Shown piece by piece: positions 8,441 through 17,414 of a stretch of 64,000 bases of DNA; position 1 is the stretch's first letter, and each line of letters begins with the position of its first letter. The DNA is taken from contig JANPEF010000061.1 in NCBI GenBank assembly GCA_031431875.1, positions 43,412-107,411 on the forward strand. Direction: 5' to 3'. The notes under the pieces are model-generated. The model was not told the origin of the DNA. It ran no database searches and was given only the letters and a program-made list of their open reading frames with translations. This stretch comes from Candidatus Eiseniibacteriota bacterium (GTDB taxonomy: Bacteria > Eisenbacteria > RBG-16-71-46 > DASYSL01). Made by a program: the position numbers and the translations under genes.

Positions 8441-8890
8441 GTGACCAATTCCGTGAACTGGATGCTCATCATCGTCGGGGCGCTCGCGCTCGTCGCCGAG
8501 GTCGTCCTCGGCGTCATCACCGGTTTCGACCTCGCGATCGTCGGCCTGGCGCTCATGGTCGGCGGCGGAATCGGGCTCGCCTTCGGGTCGGCCGAGGTCG
8601 GCCTGTTCGCCGCCGGCGCGTTCGCGTTCCTCTACCTCGCGTTCTTCCGCCGGCAGGTCAAGGCGCGGCTGGCCGCCGGGCCCGCCCGGCCGACGAACAT
8701 CGACGTGGTGCTGGGCAAGAGCGGAATGGTGACCGAGCGGATCGGGCCGCATGCGCCGGGAATGGTACGGGTCGGCGACGAACTGTGGCGCGCGGCGCTG
8801 CTGGACGAGGGCGCGGGCGCGATGGCGAAGGAACCCGGAACGACGGTGCTGGTGGACTCGGTCGAGGGCGTAACCCTTAAGGTGAGGTGA
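8441..8890 (+). CDS. NfeD-like membrane protein (short NfeD/YbbJ type)
   Basis: GTG after GGAGGA. Three hydrophobic segments, then OB-fold motif GKSGMV...GMVRVGDELWRA...VEGVTLKV. Adjacent to an SPFH gene. Confidence 0.88.
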   Translation: MTNSVNWMLIIVGALALVAEVVLGVITGFDLAIVGLALMVGGGIGLAFGSAEVGLFAAGAFAFLYLAFFRRQVKARLAAGPARPTNIDVVLGKSGMVTERIGPHAPGMVRVGDELWRAALLDEGAGAMAKEPGTTVLVDSVEGVTLKVR

Positions 8891-8895
8891 CGACG

Positions 8896-9906
8896 ATGAA
8901 CGAAGGCAACAGTTTCTTCCCGGTCCTGCTCGGGATCTTTGCCGTCCTCGGGCTCATCACGCTGGCGCGCACGGCGCGCATCGTGAACCAGTACGAGAAG
9001 GCGCTGGTCATGCGCCTGGGCAAGTACAAGTGCACGGTCGACTCGGGTCTGACCTTTCTCGCGCCGTTCATCGAGGACATGATCAAGGTCGACATGCGCG
9101 AGAAGGTGATCAACGTCGAGCCGCAGAAGGTCATCACCAAGGACAACGTGACCGTCATCGTCGATGCCGTCATCTACTACAAGGTGATCGACCCGGTGAA
9201 GACCGAGTTCGAGGTGCAGAACTTCGGCTATGCCTGCACCACGCTGGCGCAGACCAACCTGCGCAACCTGATCGGCGACCGCACGCTCGACGAGACGCTG
9301 GTCGCCCGCGACATGATCAACACCAACCTCCGCCTCGTCCTCGACGAGGCGACGAACCTGTGGGGCGTCAAGGTGACGCGCGTCGAGGTGCAGAAGATCG
9401 ACCCGCCGGTCGACATCACCGAGGCGATGTCGCGGCAGATGAAGGCCGAGCGCGACAAGCGCGCCTCGATCCTCGAATCCGAGGGCTTCAAGCAGAGCCA
9501 GATCCTGCAGGCCGAGGGCGTCAAGCAGGCCGACATCCTGCGCGCCGAGGGCGAGGCCCAGGCCCGCGTGACGCGCGCCAACGCCGAGGCCGAGGCGATC
9601 AAGCTGGTTTCGACCGCCGCCGAGACGTACTTCAAGGACCGCGCCGAGGTGATGCGTCGCCTCGAAGTGCTGAACCACACCCTGTCGGAGAACACGAAGT
9701 TCGTGCTGCCGTCGAACGGCGAGTTCGTCAACGTGCTCGGGCTGGGCGATGCCGGTGGTGGCGGTGGTCGTCGCCGTGGCGGGGATGACGGCGGGAGCGG
9801 TGGCGGTGGCAAGGGCGGCTCCGGCGGTTCTTCAGGCCCGAGCGGCGGGATGGGTGGCGGCTTCGGCGGCGGCGAGATCCCGGTCGTGCCCCTGCGCCGC
9901 TCGTGA
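8896..9906 (+). CDS. SPFH/band-7 (stomatin/QmcA-like) protein with Gly-rich tail
   Basis: N-terminal TM, QKVITKDNVTVIVDAVIYY, WGVKVTRVEVQKIDPP, QMKAERDKRA. Confidence 0.93.
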   Translation: MNEGNSFFPVLLGIFAVLGLITLARTARIVNQYEKALVMRLGKYKCTVDSGLTFLAPFIEDMIKVDMREKVINVEPQKVITKDNVTVIVDAVIYYKVIDPVKTEFEVQNFGYACTTLAQTNLRNLIGDRTLDETLVARDMINTNLRLVLDEATNLWGVKVTRVEVQKIDPPVDITEAMSRQMKAERDKRASILESEGFKQSQILQAEGVKQADILRAEGEAQARVTRANAEAEAIKLVSTAAETYFKDRAEVMRRLEVLNHTLSENTKFVLPSNGEFVNVLGLGDAGGGGGRRRGGDDGGSGGGGKGGSGGSSGPSGGMGGGFGGGEIPVVPLRRS

Positions 9907-10256
9907 GCGACGGCGGCGAGCTCTTCGCCTCCGACGTCCGCATCGTGTTCTCGACGGCGCCCGACACCGAGGCGGCGCTCCGCCTCGGCCGGACGCTGGT
10001 CGAGGAGCGCCTGGCCGCGTGCGTCAACGTCGTGCCCGGTGTGCGCTCGATCTATCGCTGGCGCGAAGCGGTGGAGGAGGCCGAGGAAGTGATGCTTGTC
10101 CTCAAGACGACGGCCGCCGCCGCCCCCGCGCTGGCTGCGCGGCTGGCGGCGCTCCATCCCTACGAGGTTCCCGAGGTGCTTGCGATCGAGCCGGCCGCCG
10201 GTGCCGAGGCGTACCTCGGCTGGATCGGCGAGAGCGTGACAACACCGGCGCGTTAG
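9903..10256 (+). CDS. cutA: Divalent-cation tolerance protein CutA
   Basis: LVEERLAACVN...SIYRW...E...KT...HPYEVPEV. Confidence 0.93.
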   Translation: MSDGGELFASDVRIVFSTAPDTEAALRLGRTLVEERLAACVNVVPGVRSIYRWREAVEEAEEVMLVLKTTAAAAPALAARLAALHPYEVPEVLAIEPAAGAEAYLGWIGESVTTPAR

Positions 10257-10263
10257 CGCCGCT

Positions 10264-11658
10264 CTACGGCCCGAGGCCTTCGGGAATCGCCGCCCCGGGA
10301 GCCGTCGCGGCGAATACATCCTGCGATTCCGTCGCCACGGCCGTACCCGGCTTCGGCTTCATGAACGGCAGCAGGACCAGCGGCAACAGCCCCACGACGC
10401 AGTCGATCACGAGCGTCTTCGGGTAGCCGAAGCGCACGATCGAGAAGCCCTGCCACGTCGAGGTGTACGAGATGGCGAAGTTCTGCATCGCCATGTACGC
10501 CGTGAACTGCGTCGCCGCCACCGCCGGCGTCGTGATGTCCATGAACAGCGCGCTGCGGATCCCGTAGTACAACCCCTGGAACACGTTGTAGGAGATGCAG
10601 GCAATCCAGAACGCCTGGACGAGCCCGGCCGGCACCGCGGGGCGGTCCGGGGCGTTCGCCGCGATCGAGTGGATCCAGCCGTACTGTTGCATCTGCCAGG
10701 CGAGGTACAGCGTCGGCACCGCGGTCATCGCGATGAAGACGGCCAGCGTGCGCCGCCGGCCGAAACGGTCGGAGACCCACCCGCCGGTGATGCAGGTCAC
10801 GGCGAAGATGACCGTCGACCAGAGATTGAGCGTGGCCACCTGGTTGTCGGTGAAGCCCAGCTCGACGGCCAGAGTCGACTGCAGCGCGAGCGCCAGGGCG
10901 TAGGCGCCCAGCGGCAACAGCGCCGAGAACACGCCGACGAGCGCGGCTTGCGACCCGATGAACGCCCTATACGCCTGGACGACGAAGGTCTTGAGCTCGA
11001 GGCCGACGGCCGCGACCTTCGAGCCGACGACCGGCGCAGCGAGCGGACGCGCGACCTCGCGCAGCGGCAACACGACGAAGACGGTGACCAGCAGGATCAC
11101 ACCGATGACGAAGAAGTACGTCGACTGGAACGGCATGACGCCGGCGAGGAACAGCACCATCGATCCGCCGATCGTCTGTCCCACCGACGCGCCGCCGAAC
11201 ATGAAGCCGTTGGCCACGCCACGCTCCGACTCGGGGAGCACGTTGCAGGCGAGCGCGTCGATGGCCACGTCCATGATCGCCGCGAACGAGTTGTGGACGG
11301 CGATGATGATGGTGAAGAGGGCGAGGTTCTTCACGTAGTCGATCGGCCAGGCGAGGAGCAGCGTGGCGGCCATGCCCAGCTGCATGAGGAAGATCCACAG
11401 CCGGCGGCGGCCGAAGCGGTCGCTCGAGAACGTGTCGACGAACGGCCCGGCGATCCACTTGAACGCCCACGGCAGGTAGAGCGAGCCGACGAACGCGCCG
11501 ATCAGCTCCGGCGACAGGCCCTGGCGGCGCATCTGCGTGCCGATGGCGGTGGCGGTGAAGCCGAGCGGGATGCCCTCGGTCATGTAGAGCAGGAAGAACG
11601 CGGTGAGGCGACCGTTCTTGGTCGCCAGCAGGTCGGGGAGCGGCAGGCGGAAGCTCAT
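10264..11658 (-). CDS. MFS transporter, AmpG/RhtX/FptX-like
   Basis: LLYMTEGIPLGF, LPWAFKW, GRRRLWI, DVAIDALA, ATQFTAYMA and about 12 hydrophobic segments. Confidence 0.88.
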   Translation of the reverse strand: MSFRLPLPDLLATKNGRLTAFFLLYMTEGIPLGFTATAIGTQMRRQGLSPELIGAFVGSLYLPWAFKWIAGPFVDTFSSDRFGRRRLWIFLMQLGMAATLLLAWPIDYVKNLALFTIIIAVHNSFAAIMDVAIDALACNVLPESERGVANGFMFGGASVGQTIGGSMVLFLAGVMPFQSTYFFVIGVILLVTVFVVLPLREVARPLAAPVVGSKVAAVGLELKTFVVQAYRAFIGSQAALVGVFSALLPLGAYALALALQSTLAVELGFTDNQVATLNLWSTVIFAVTCITGGWVSDRFGRRRTLAVFIAMTAVPTLYLAWQMQQYGWIHSIAANAPDRPAVPAGLVQAFWIACISYNVFQGLYYGIRSALFMDITTPAVAATQFTAYMAMQNFAISYTSTWQGFSIVRFGYPKTLVIDCVVGLLPLVLLPFMKPKPGTAVATESQDVFAATAPGAAIPEGLGP

Positions 11659-13019
11659 CAGTGAACGACTCCTTCCGGAATGGCCGCGCCGGGACCGGGG
11701 CCCGACGGCGGAGCGAACCCCGCGGCCGCATGTCTGGCGGACAGCGGAGTGACGAACGGCAGGATGAGCAGGCACACCAGGCCGAAGGCCGCGTCGAACC
11801 CGAGGGTGAGAGGATACCCGAATCGCTCGATCGAGTGGCCCTGCCACCACGCGGCCATCGAGGAGGCCAGGTTGCACAGGGCCATGTACGCGGTGAACTG
11901 GGTGGCGGCCACGCGCGGCGTCGTGATGTCCATGTAGAGCGCGGTGCCCGCGCCGTACATGAGGCCCTGCGCGATGTAGTACGAGAGGCAGGCGGTCCAG
12001 AACGCGCTGATCGCCGCCGCCCCGATCGCCCCGCCGGCGAGCAAGAGTGCGAGGCAGACGCCGGGCACGGACATCAGGGCGACGAAGAGCGCGATCGTGC
12101 GGCGGCGGCCCAGGCGATCCGACAGCCAGCCGCCGACCACGCAGCCCAGCGCCCCGCAGAACGACGAAGCCATCGCCAGCGCGCCGATGGCGCCGTCGTC
12201 CATGCCCAGCTCGACCGCGAGGTTCGATTGCAGCGCCAGGCCGAGGCCCATGGCGCCCATCGGCAGGAGCGCCAGCAGCACGCCGAACAGGGCGCCGCGC
12301 GAGCCGGTGAAGGCGTGCCACGACGCGACGAGGAACTCGCGCATGCGCGCGCCCGCCGCCGCCAGCGCCGCCGCAGGGCCGGCGCCGGGGCCGCCCGCGT
12401 GCGCCGCCGCCACCGCAGCCGTCTCGCGCAGGCGCAGCGAGACCACGATCCCGATCAGCGCGACCGCTCCGGCAACGACGAGGAACGTGGCGCGGAACGG
12501 CATGGCCGCGGTCAGCATGAGCACGCCGCCGCCGCCCAGTGCGGTGCCCACCGCTTGTCCCGCGAACATGACGCCGTTCGCCGTCCCACGTTCCTCGACG
12601 GGCAGCACGTTGCAGGCGAGCGCGTCGATCGCGACGTCCTGCGTCGCGGCGAAGGCGTTGTGCAGGATCAGGAGCCCGGTGAAGAGTGCGAGCTGCTGCG
12701 CGGGATCGACGGTCATGGCCACCAGCAGCGTGACGACCATGAGGCCCTGCGCCAGCACGACCCAGAATCGCCGCGGTCCCCAGCGCGCCACGGTCAGCGA
12801 GTCGACGATCGGCCCCACCGCCCACTTGAACGCCCACGGCAGGTAGAGCGCAGCGACGTAGGTCCCGATCTCCGCGGGACCCAGGCCCAGTCGGCGCATC
12901 TGTGTGGCCACGGCGACCACCGCGAAGCCCGAGGGCAGGCCCTCACTGACATAGAGGAGGAAGAACGAGACGAGGCGGGCGCGACGCGTGCCGAGAGGGT
13001 CGGACGGAAGGAGGCGCAT
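11658..13019 (-). CDS. MFS transporter, AmpG/RhtX/FptX-like (tandem paralogue)
   Basis: LLYVSEGLPSGF, LPWAFKW, ATQDVAIDALA, ATQFTAYMA. Stop overlaps the next start (TGATG). Confidence 0.88.
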   Translation of the reverse strand: MRLLPSDPLGTRRARLVSFFLLYVSEGLPSGFAVVAVATQMRRLGLGPAEIGTYVAALYLPWAFKWAVGPIVDSLTVARWGPRRFWVVLAQGLMVVTLLVAMTVDPAQQLALFTGLLILHNAFAATQDVAIDALACNVLPVEERGTANGVMFAGQAVGTALGGGGVLMLTAAMPFRATFLVVAGAVALIGIVVSLRLRETAAVAAAHAGGPGAGPAAALAAAGARMREFLVASWHAFTGSRGALFGVLLALLPMGAMGLGLALQSNLAVELGMDDGAIGALAMASSFCGALGCVVGGWLSDRLGRRRTIALFVALMSVPGVCLALLLAGGAIGAAAISAFWTACLSYYIAQGLMYGAGTALYMDITTPRVAATQFTAYMALCNLASSMAAWWQGHSIERFGYPLTLGFDAAFGLVCLLILPFVTPLSARHAAAGFAPPSGPGPGAAIPEGVVH

Positions 13020-13167
13020 GGGCGCGCACCTTAGCACAGCCGGCGTCCGATTCTCCCGACGAGCGTCCGGCACTCCCGACAGGGCGGCGGGCACCGCGTG
13101 CAGCGCCTCGATCCGGGACTTCCCGCGAACCCACGCGAATTCGCGGGCTGGAGGGACCGCGACGCGC

Positions 13168-13183
13168 TGGCATGGCGCGTGCA
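13168..13183 (+). promoter_or_regulatory. Possible sigma54 promoter
   Basis: TGGCATGGCGCGTGCA (GG-N10-GC) with a non-consensus -12 element (GTGCA). Confidence 0.4.
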
Positions 13184-13210
13184 TCCCTCCCCGTGCAGGG
13201 GAGGTGGACC

Positions 13211-13993
13211 ATGCACTCGTCCAAGGTCTGTTGGCATCGCTTCATCGCAGTTGCGCGGCGTCGACGTCGCCTGCTGATCCGCCGGGCAGGCGCGCTCGCG
13301 GCGACGTTCACCATCGTGCCGCTCGCCATCGGCGTCGATCCGGTCGATCGCGACACGTCGTTCACGACGTTCACGGTCGGCATCGGCGCGGGGTCCTACG
13401 CCGACGTGGCGCGCGGCTGCAGCGGAGAGGTGATCTCCGCGCGCAGCCGGCCGGTCGGCGACGTCGGGTTCGGCGTCGAGCACGAGATGGACAGCGCGGT
13501 GCTCGGCGTACGGGCCACGCGGCGAGGGTCCGGCATCGGCGGCGACGACGCCGTCGAGTCCTGGGTGGCGAATCCCCACGCGTCGTACGAGGGGGATCGG
13601 TTCGGGATCGGCGCGGGTATCACGCTTCCGGATCAGGTCTCGGCGGGCAACTACACCGACGAGGACTTCGTCCTTCCGTTGACGGGTCACATCCGGACCG
13701 GCAATCGCGCTCGCGGCACGGACTTCCGCATCAGTTTCGGCGAGAACGTCCCGGCATATTCGCCGGGCGGCGGGGCCGAGATGACGCAGGGTTTCCGCAT
13801 CTCGCGTGTCGTCCGGGGCCGCGTCGGCGTGGCGGGGCCGGTGCCGTTCGATCAGGTCGGTCTCATCGTGCGGACGAACGTTCGGGCCACCGACGCGCTC
13901 ACGATCGAGCTGCGCGGTCGCCTCGGGCAGTCCGAGGGTGTCGGCGAGTCGACGATCGGCGTGGGCGTGAGCTACCGGATCGACCACCACTAG
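13211..13993 (+). CDS. Hypothetical protein, probable outer-membrane beta-barrel
   Basis: ATG after GGAGGT. Alternating amphipathic beta-strands. Ends IGVGVSYRIDHH, resembling a beta-signal. Confidence 0.55.
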   Translation: MHSSKVCWHRFIAVARRRRRLLIRRAGALAATFTIVPLAIGVDPVDRDTSFTTFTVGIGAGSYADVARGCSGEVISARSRPVGDVGFGVEHEMDSAVLGVRATRRGSGIGGDDAVESWVANPHASYEGDRFGIGAGITLPDQVSAGNYTDEDFVLPLTGHIRTGNRARGTDFRISFGENVPAYSPGGGAEMTQGFRISRVVRGRVGVAGPVPFDQVGLIVRTNVRATDALTIELRGRLGQSEGVGESTIGVGVSYRIDHH

Positions 13994-14007
13994 TTCCCGC
14001 CACGCGA

Positions 14008-14037
14008 ACGGGCCCGGCGTGCATCCGCCGGGCCCGT
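14008..14037. terminator. Hairpin between convergent genes
   Basis: ACGGGCCCGGCG-N6-CGCCGGGCCCGT, 12-bp stem, no U-tract. Confidence 0.45.
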
Positions 14038-14093
14038 CGTGCACCGCGGGCCGGGGCCCGCGCGGGGGGTGCTCGTCTGCGGTCGCGCGGCGT

Positions 14094-15872
14094 CTACCGC
14101 ACCATCACCAGCTTGGCGTCGAAGCGCGTCTCGCCCACCTCGCCACGGTAGAAGTACATGCCGGGCGCCACGCGCGCGCCCGTGTCGTCGGAGCCGTCCC
14201 ACGCGATCGACGCTTCACCGGCGGGACGCGCCTCGTCGACGAGCGTGCGCACCTTCTGGCCGCGCACGTTGAAGATCTCGAAGTGCACGTGGCCCGCGGT
14301 CGGCTGCGCGTAGCGGATGCGCGCGCCGCCGGTCGTGCTGGCGAACACGACGCTCGATGTCCGCGGAGCAATTTCTGCGAGCGGCAGGACGCTGCCGGAC
14401 TCTGCGGTGACTCCGCCTCTCGGCACCGTCAATCCAGCAGCCGTGGCGTCGAAGGCTGCTCCTTCATTCGCCCTCGCCGCCTGCGGCGGCGAGATCATGT
14501 GATGATCGTGCGCGAAGCCCGAGTGCGATGGCGCGACATACGGGAACGCGCCCTGGAACGGAAGTTCGTTTGCGTCGACGCCGTCGCCCAGCAGGGAGTT
14601 CGGCTCGCCCGCGCCCAGCAGCACGCCCGCGACGGCGCGCAACTCGATGTCGACCACGTCGTCGACCAGGCGGCGGCCGTTGGGGAAGCCGTCGAGCTGG
14701 CCGGCGAGCACGCCGAGGCGGTTCGGCGACAACGACGGGGCGATCGCGGTGTTGAGGCGGATCATCTCGGAGGGGACGACGTCGGCGCGCTTGTTGAGGC
14801 CGTCGACGCCGGTGAGGAACACCGCGACGAGATCGTTGCGCGGCGCCGGAGGTACGGTGAGGCCGTACAGCAGGTTGAGCAGCCGCGCCGGCTCGGGGTC
14901 GACCACGTACGAGAGGAACTGCCCGTCGTCGGCCGGCTTCGACGCGTTCCAGCGATCCTTCTGCGACAGCGGCAGCACGATCTCGTTGACCAGCGGCATG
15001 CCCAGGCGCGACACCTGCTGCCACGGACCCTTCTCGTCGTCCCACGCCATCTTCCTGCCGGTGCCGCCGGCCTTGCGGCTCGCCGTCGCCCACACGCCGA
15101 GGATCGCGTTCGGATCGGTGGTACCGGTGGGCATCGCGCCGGTCGCGGTCAGCTTCGCGATCGGCACCTGGATCGCGATCGTCTGGCAGTTGTACCCGCC
15201 CAGGCCGTCGACTCCGCCACCGGCGTTACCCGGCGCGCCCGGGCGAATGGTCAGCAGGTCGAACACCGCACCCAGGTCGACGAAGAACGGATCGTCGCTC
15301 TGGCCGGCGTACACCTTGATGTCGCCGTCGAGGGTGCGCACCGCCTGCTGCATGAGCACGGGCCAGTTCGGCGTCGACGCCGGGCCGATGTTCGACGGGG
15401 TCGTGGACAGGTCGTTGCCGAGCACACGACGCCCGTTCGACTCCTCGCTCGTGACGTAGAGCTGGTAGGTCTGCGGCCGGTTCCAGTTCGGGTCGGTGAG
15501 GCTGTGGATCGGCCCGACGTTGTAGAGGAACGTGTTGGCGTTGCGGGTCGCGGTCGAGAAGCGGAAGTTGTAGACGATCTCGGCGGCCGGGTCGCCGTCA
15601 TTGCTGACCTTGACCTGGTAGAGCACCTCATCGCCGAACTTGTAGAAGTTCGGGCCGCCGCCGGGCTCCTGCACGCCGTTGTAGGTCGCGATCAGCGTGA
15701 CCGTGCCCGGCGCATCGGGGCTGACGAAGGCATAGACGTCGAGGTTGTCGGCGACGGGATCTTCGGCGATGGCGGGGGCTTCGCGGTGGCTCGAAGCCAG
15801 GGCGATCGACGGCAGCAGGGACACGGCGCTGGCAAGCAGCAGGGCACGGGCAAACGAAAGCGGACGGGACAT
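14094..15872 (-). CDS. Secreted DUF4331-domain protein with C-terminal FlgD-Ig/T9SS-like domain (592 aa)
   Basis: Signal peptide then SSHREAP...DNLDVYAF, DDPFFVDL, QVSRLGMPLVNE, GFPNGRRLVDDVVD, FPY. Tail IFNVRGQKVRTL...WDG...PGMYFYR...KLVMVR. Confidence 0.88.
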   Translation of the reverse strand: MSRPLSFARALLLASAVSLLPSIALASSHREAPAIAEDPVADNLDVYAFVSPDAPGTVTLIATYNGVQEPGGGPNFYKFGDEVLYQVKVSNDGDPAAEIVYNFRFSTATRNANTFLYNVGPIHSLTDPNWNRPQTYQLYVTSEESNGRRVLGNDLSTTPSNIGPASTPNWPVLMQQAVRTLDGDIKVYAGQSDDPFFVDLGAVFDLLTIRPGAPGNAGGGVDGLGGYNCQTIAIQVPIAKLTATGAMPTGTTDPNAILGVWATASRKAGGTGRKMAWDDEKGPWQQVSRLGMPLVNEIVLPLSQKDRWNASKPADDGQFLSYVVDPEPARLLNLLYGLTVPPAPRNDLVAVFLTGVDGLNKRADVVPSEMIRLNTAIAPSLSPNRLGVLAGQLDGFPNGRRLVDDVVDIELRAVAGVLLGAGEPNSLLGDGVDANELPFQGAFPYVAPSHSGFAHDHHMISPPQAARANEGAAFDATAAGLTVPRGGVTAESGSVLPLAEIAPRTSSVVFASTTGGARIRYAQPTAGHVHFEIFNVRGQKVRTLVDEARPAGEASIAWDGSDDTGARVAPGMYFYRGEVGETRFDAKLVMVR

Positions 15873-15972
15873 CGGACGACCTCCGGACTGGGATGGGACA
15901 CGGGTTCTGGGCCTCACCCGGGATACGGACCCCGCCGGCGATCGGATGACCCGCGGATGCTAGGATGCGGCC

Positions 15973-17037
15973 ATGTTCGTGCTCGGCATCGAAACCTCCT
16001 GCGACGACACGGCCGCCGCCGTGGTCGAACACGGCCCCCGGCCCCCCCGGCTGGTCTCCAGCATCGTCGCGGTGCAGGACGTGCACCGCGAGTTCGGCGG
16101 CGTCGTGCCCGAGCTGGCCTCGCGCGCCCACCTCGAGCTGCTGCCCGGCGCGGTCGAGCGGGCGCTGGCCGAGGCCGAGCTCGATTTCGACGACATCGAC
16201 GGCATCGCCGTGACGCGCGCACCGGGGCTCCTCGGCGCGTTGCTCGTCGGCGTGAGTTACGCCAAGGCGCTGGCCGTCGCGCTGGAGAAGCCGTTCGTCG
16301 GCGTCAATCACATCGAGGCCCACCTGCTCGCGCCGCTGCTCGAGGGTGCCGTGTTCGAGTTTCCGGCGGTCGGCGCGGTCGTCTCGGGCGGACACTCCGA
16401 GATCTTCCTCGTGCACGCGCTCGGCGCCTACACGCTGATCGGCACGACGCGCGACGACGCGATCGGCGAGGCCTTCGACAAGGCCGCGAAGTTGCTGGGG
16501 CTGGGCTTTCCGGGCGGCCCCGTCGTCGACCGGCTCGCCGCCGTGGGCGACGCCGGGCGGCATCCGCTCCCGCGCGGGATGAGCGGCTCGGGCGACCTCG
16601 ACCTCTCGTACTCCGGGCTCAAGGCGGCGACGCGACGGCTGATCGAGGGCCCGGCGGGTGCGCTGTTGCGCGCCGCGCCCGAGTCGGACGAGGCGGCGCA
16701 GCTGCGCGCCGACATCTGCGCGTCGTTCCAGGTCGCCGCGGTCGATCCGCTCCTGTCGAAGCTCGAGACCGCCGCGCGCCGCCACGGCGCCCGCTCGCTC
16801 GTCGTCGGCGGGGGCGTGGCGTGCAACTCGCGGCTGCGCGAAGGCCTCGCCGGGATCGGCACGCGGCTGGGCATTCCCGCTTTCCGGCCGAGCCCCGCGC
16901 TGTGCGCCGACAACGCGGCGATGATCGCGCTCGTCGGCGGCTTCCGGCTGGCGCGCGGTGAGCGCGACGGACTCGACCTCGAGCCCGTGCCGAGCCTCGA
17001 CGAGAGCGGCATGCTCTCCGTGAAGGCCCCCGCGTAA
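15973..17037 (+). CDS. tsaD: tRNA N6-adenosine threonylcarbamoyltransferase TsaD
   Basis: LGIETSCDDT, GGVVPELASRAH, HIEAH, VSGGHS, DDAIGEAFDK, GGGVACN, DNAAMIA. Confidence 0.97.
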   Translation: MFVLGIETSCDDTAAAVVEHGPRPPRLVSSIVAVQDVHREFGGVVPELASRAHLELLPGAVERALAEAELDFDDIDGIAVTRAPGLLGALLVGVSYAKALAVALEKPFVGVNHIEAHLLAPLLEGAVFEFPAVGAVVSGGHSEIFLVHALGAYTLIGTTRDDAIGEAFDKAAKLLGLGFPGGPVVDRLAAVGDAGRHPLPRGMSGSGDLDLSYSGLKAATRRLIEGPAGALLRAAPESDEAAQLRADICASFQVAAVDPLLSKLETAARRHGARSLVVGGGVACNSRLREGLAGIGTRLGIPAFRPSPALCADNAAMIALVGGFRLARGERDGLDLEPVPSLDESGMLSVKAPA

Positions 17038-17317
17038 CTGCTTGTCCCCGCGCGCCGGGTGCGTCCGTCCCCGGTCGCAATTCGCTCGCCGGGGCCCGAA
17101 ATCGTGCCGATCGCACGGGGTGCCGCGGTTTCGGATCGAACCGAGGCGGTCCGGGCATCGAAAATCCCTCGCCTGCCGCTGGCCAGGGGCCCGTTCCGCA
17201 ATCTTCACTCAAACGATGCTCTGCCAATCACTTCCAGCGGGGGACCAGGCTCGGTTGCGCTCCCGGGACACCGCAAGGCGTGCGGCCCTACGGGCCGCAG
17301 AGCTGGAACTCCTTGGG

Positions 17318-17332
17318 CGGCACGGGACTTGC
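17318..17332 (+). promoter_or_regulatory. Putative sigma54 promoter for the signalling operon
   Basis: CGGCACGGGACTTGC (GG-N10-GC). An 8-bp inverted repeat TGCGGCCC-TAC-GGGCCGCA lies just upstream at 17281-17299. Confidence 0.6.
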
Positions 17333-17414
17333 GCCGATATCGCGGCGGGGTCCCCGGGCCGGCGCGTCGCGCGCCGCGCCAAGGCGGGCGTGACCCCGGG
17401 GGAGGGGAGCGCAC

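Noticed and set aside
10051..10062. TCTATCGCTGG in cutA as another IS target site
   Set aside because: It matches the left guide only. It lacks the CTAG needed for the right guide, and there is no insertion there.
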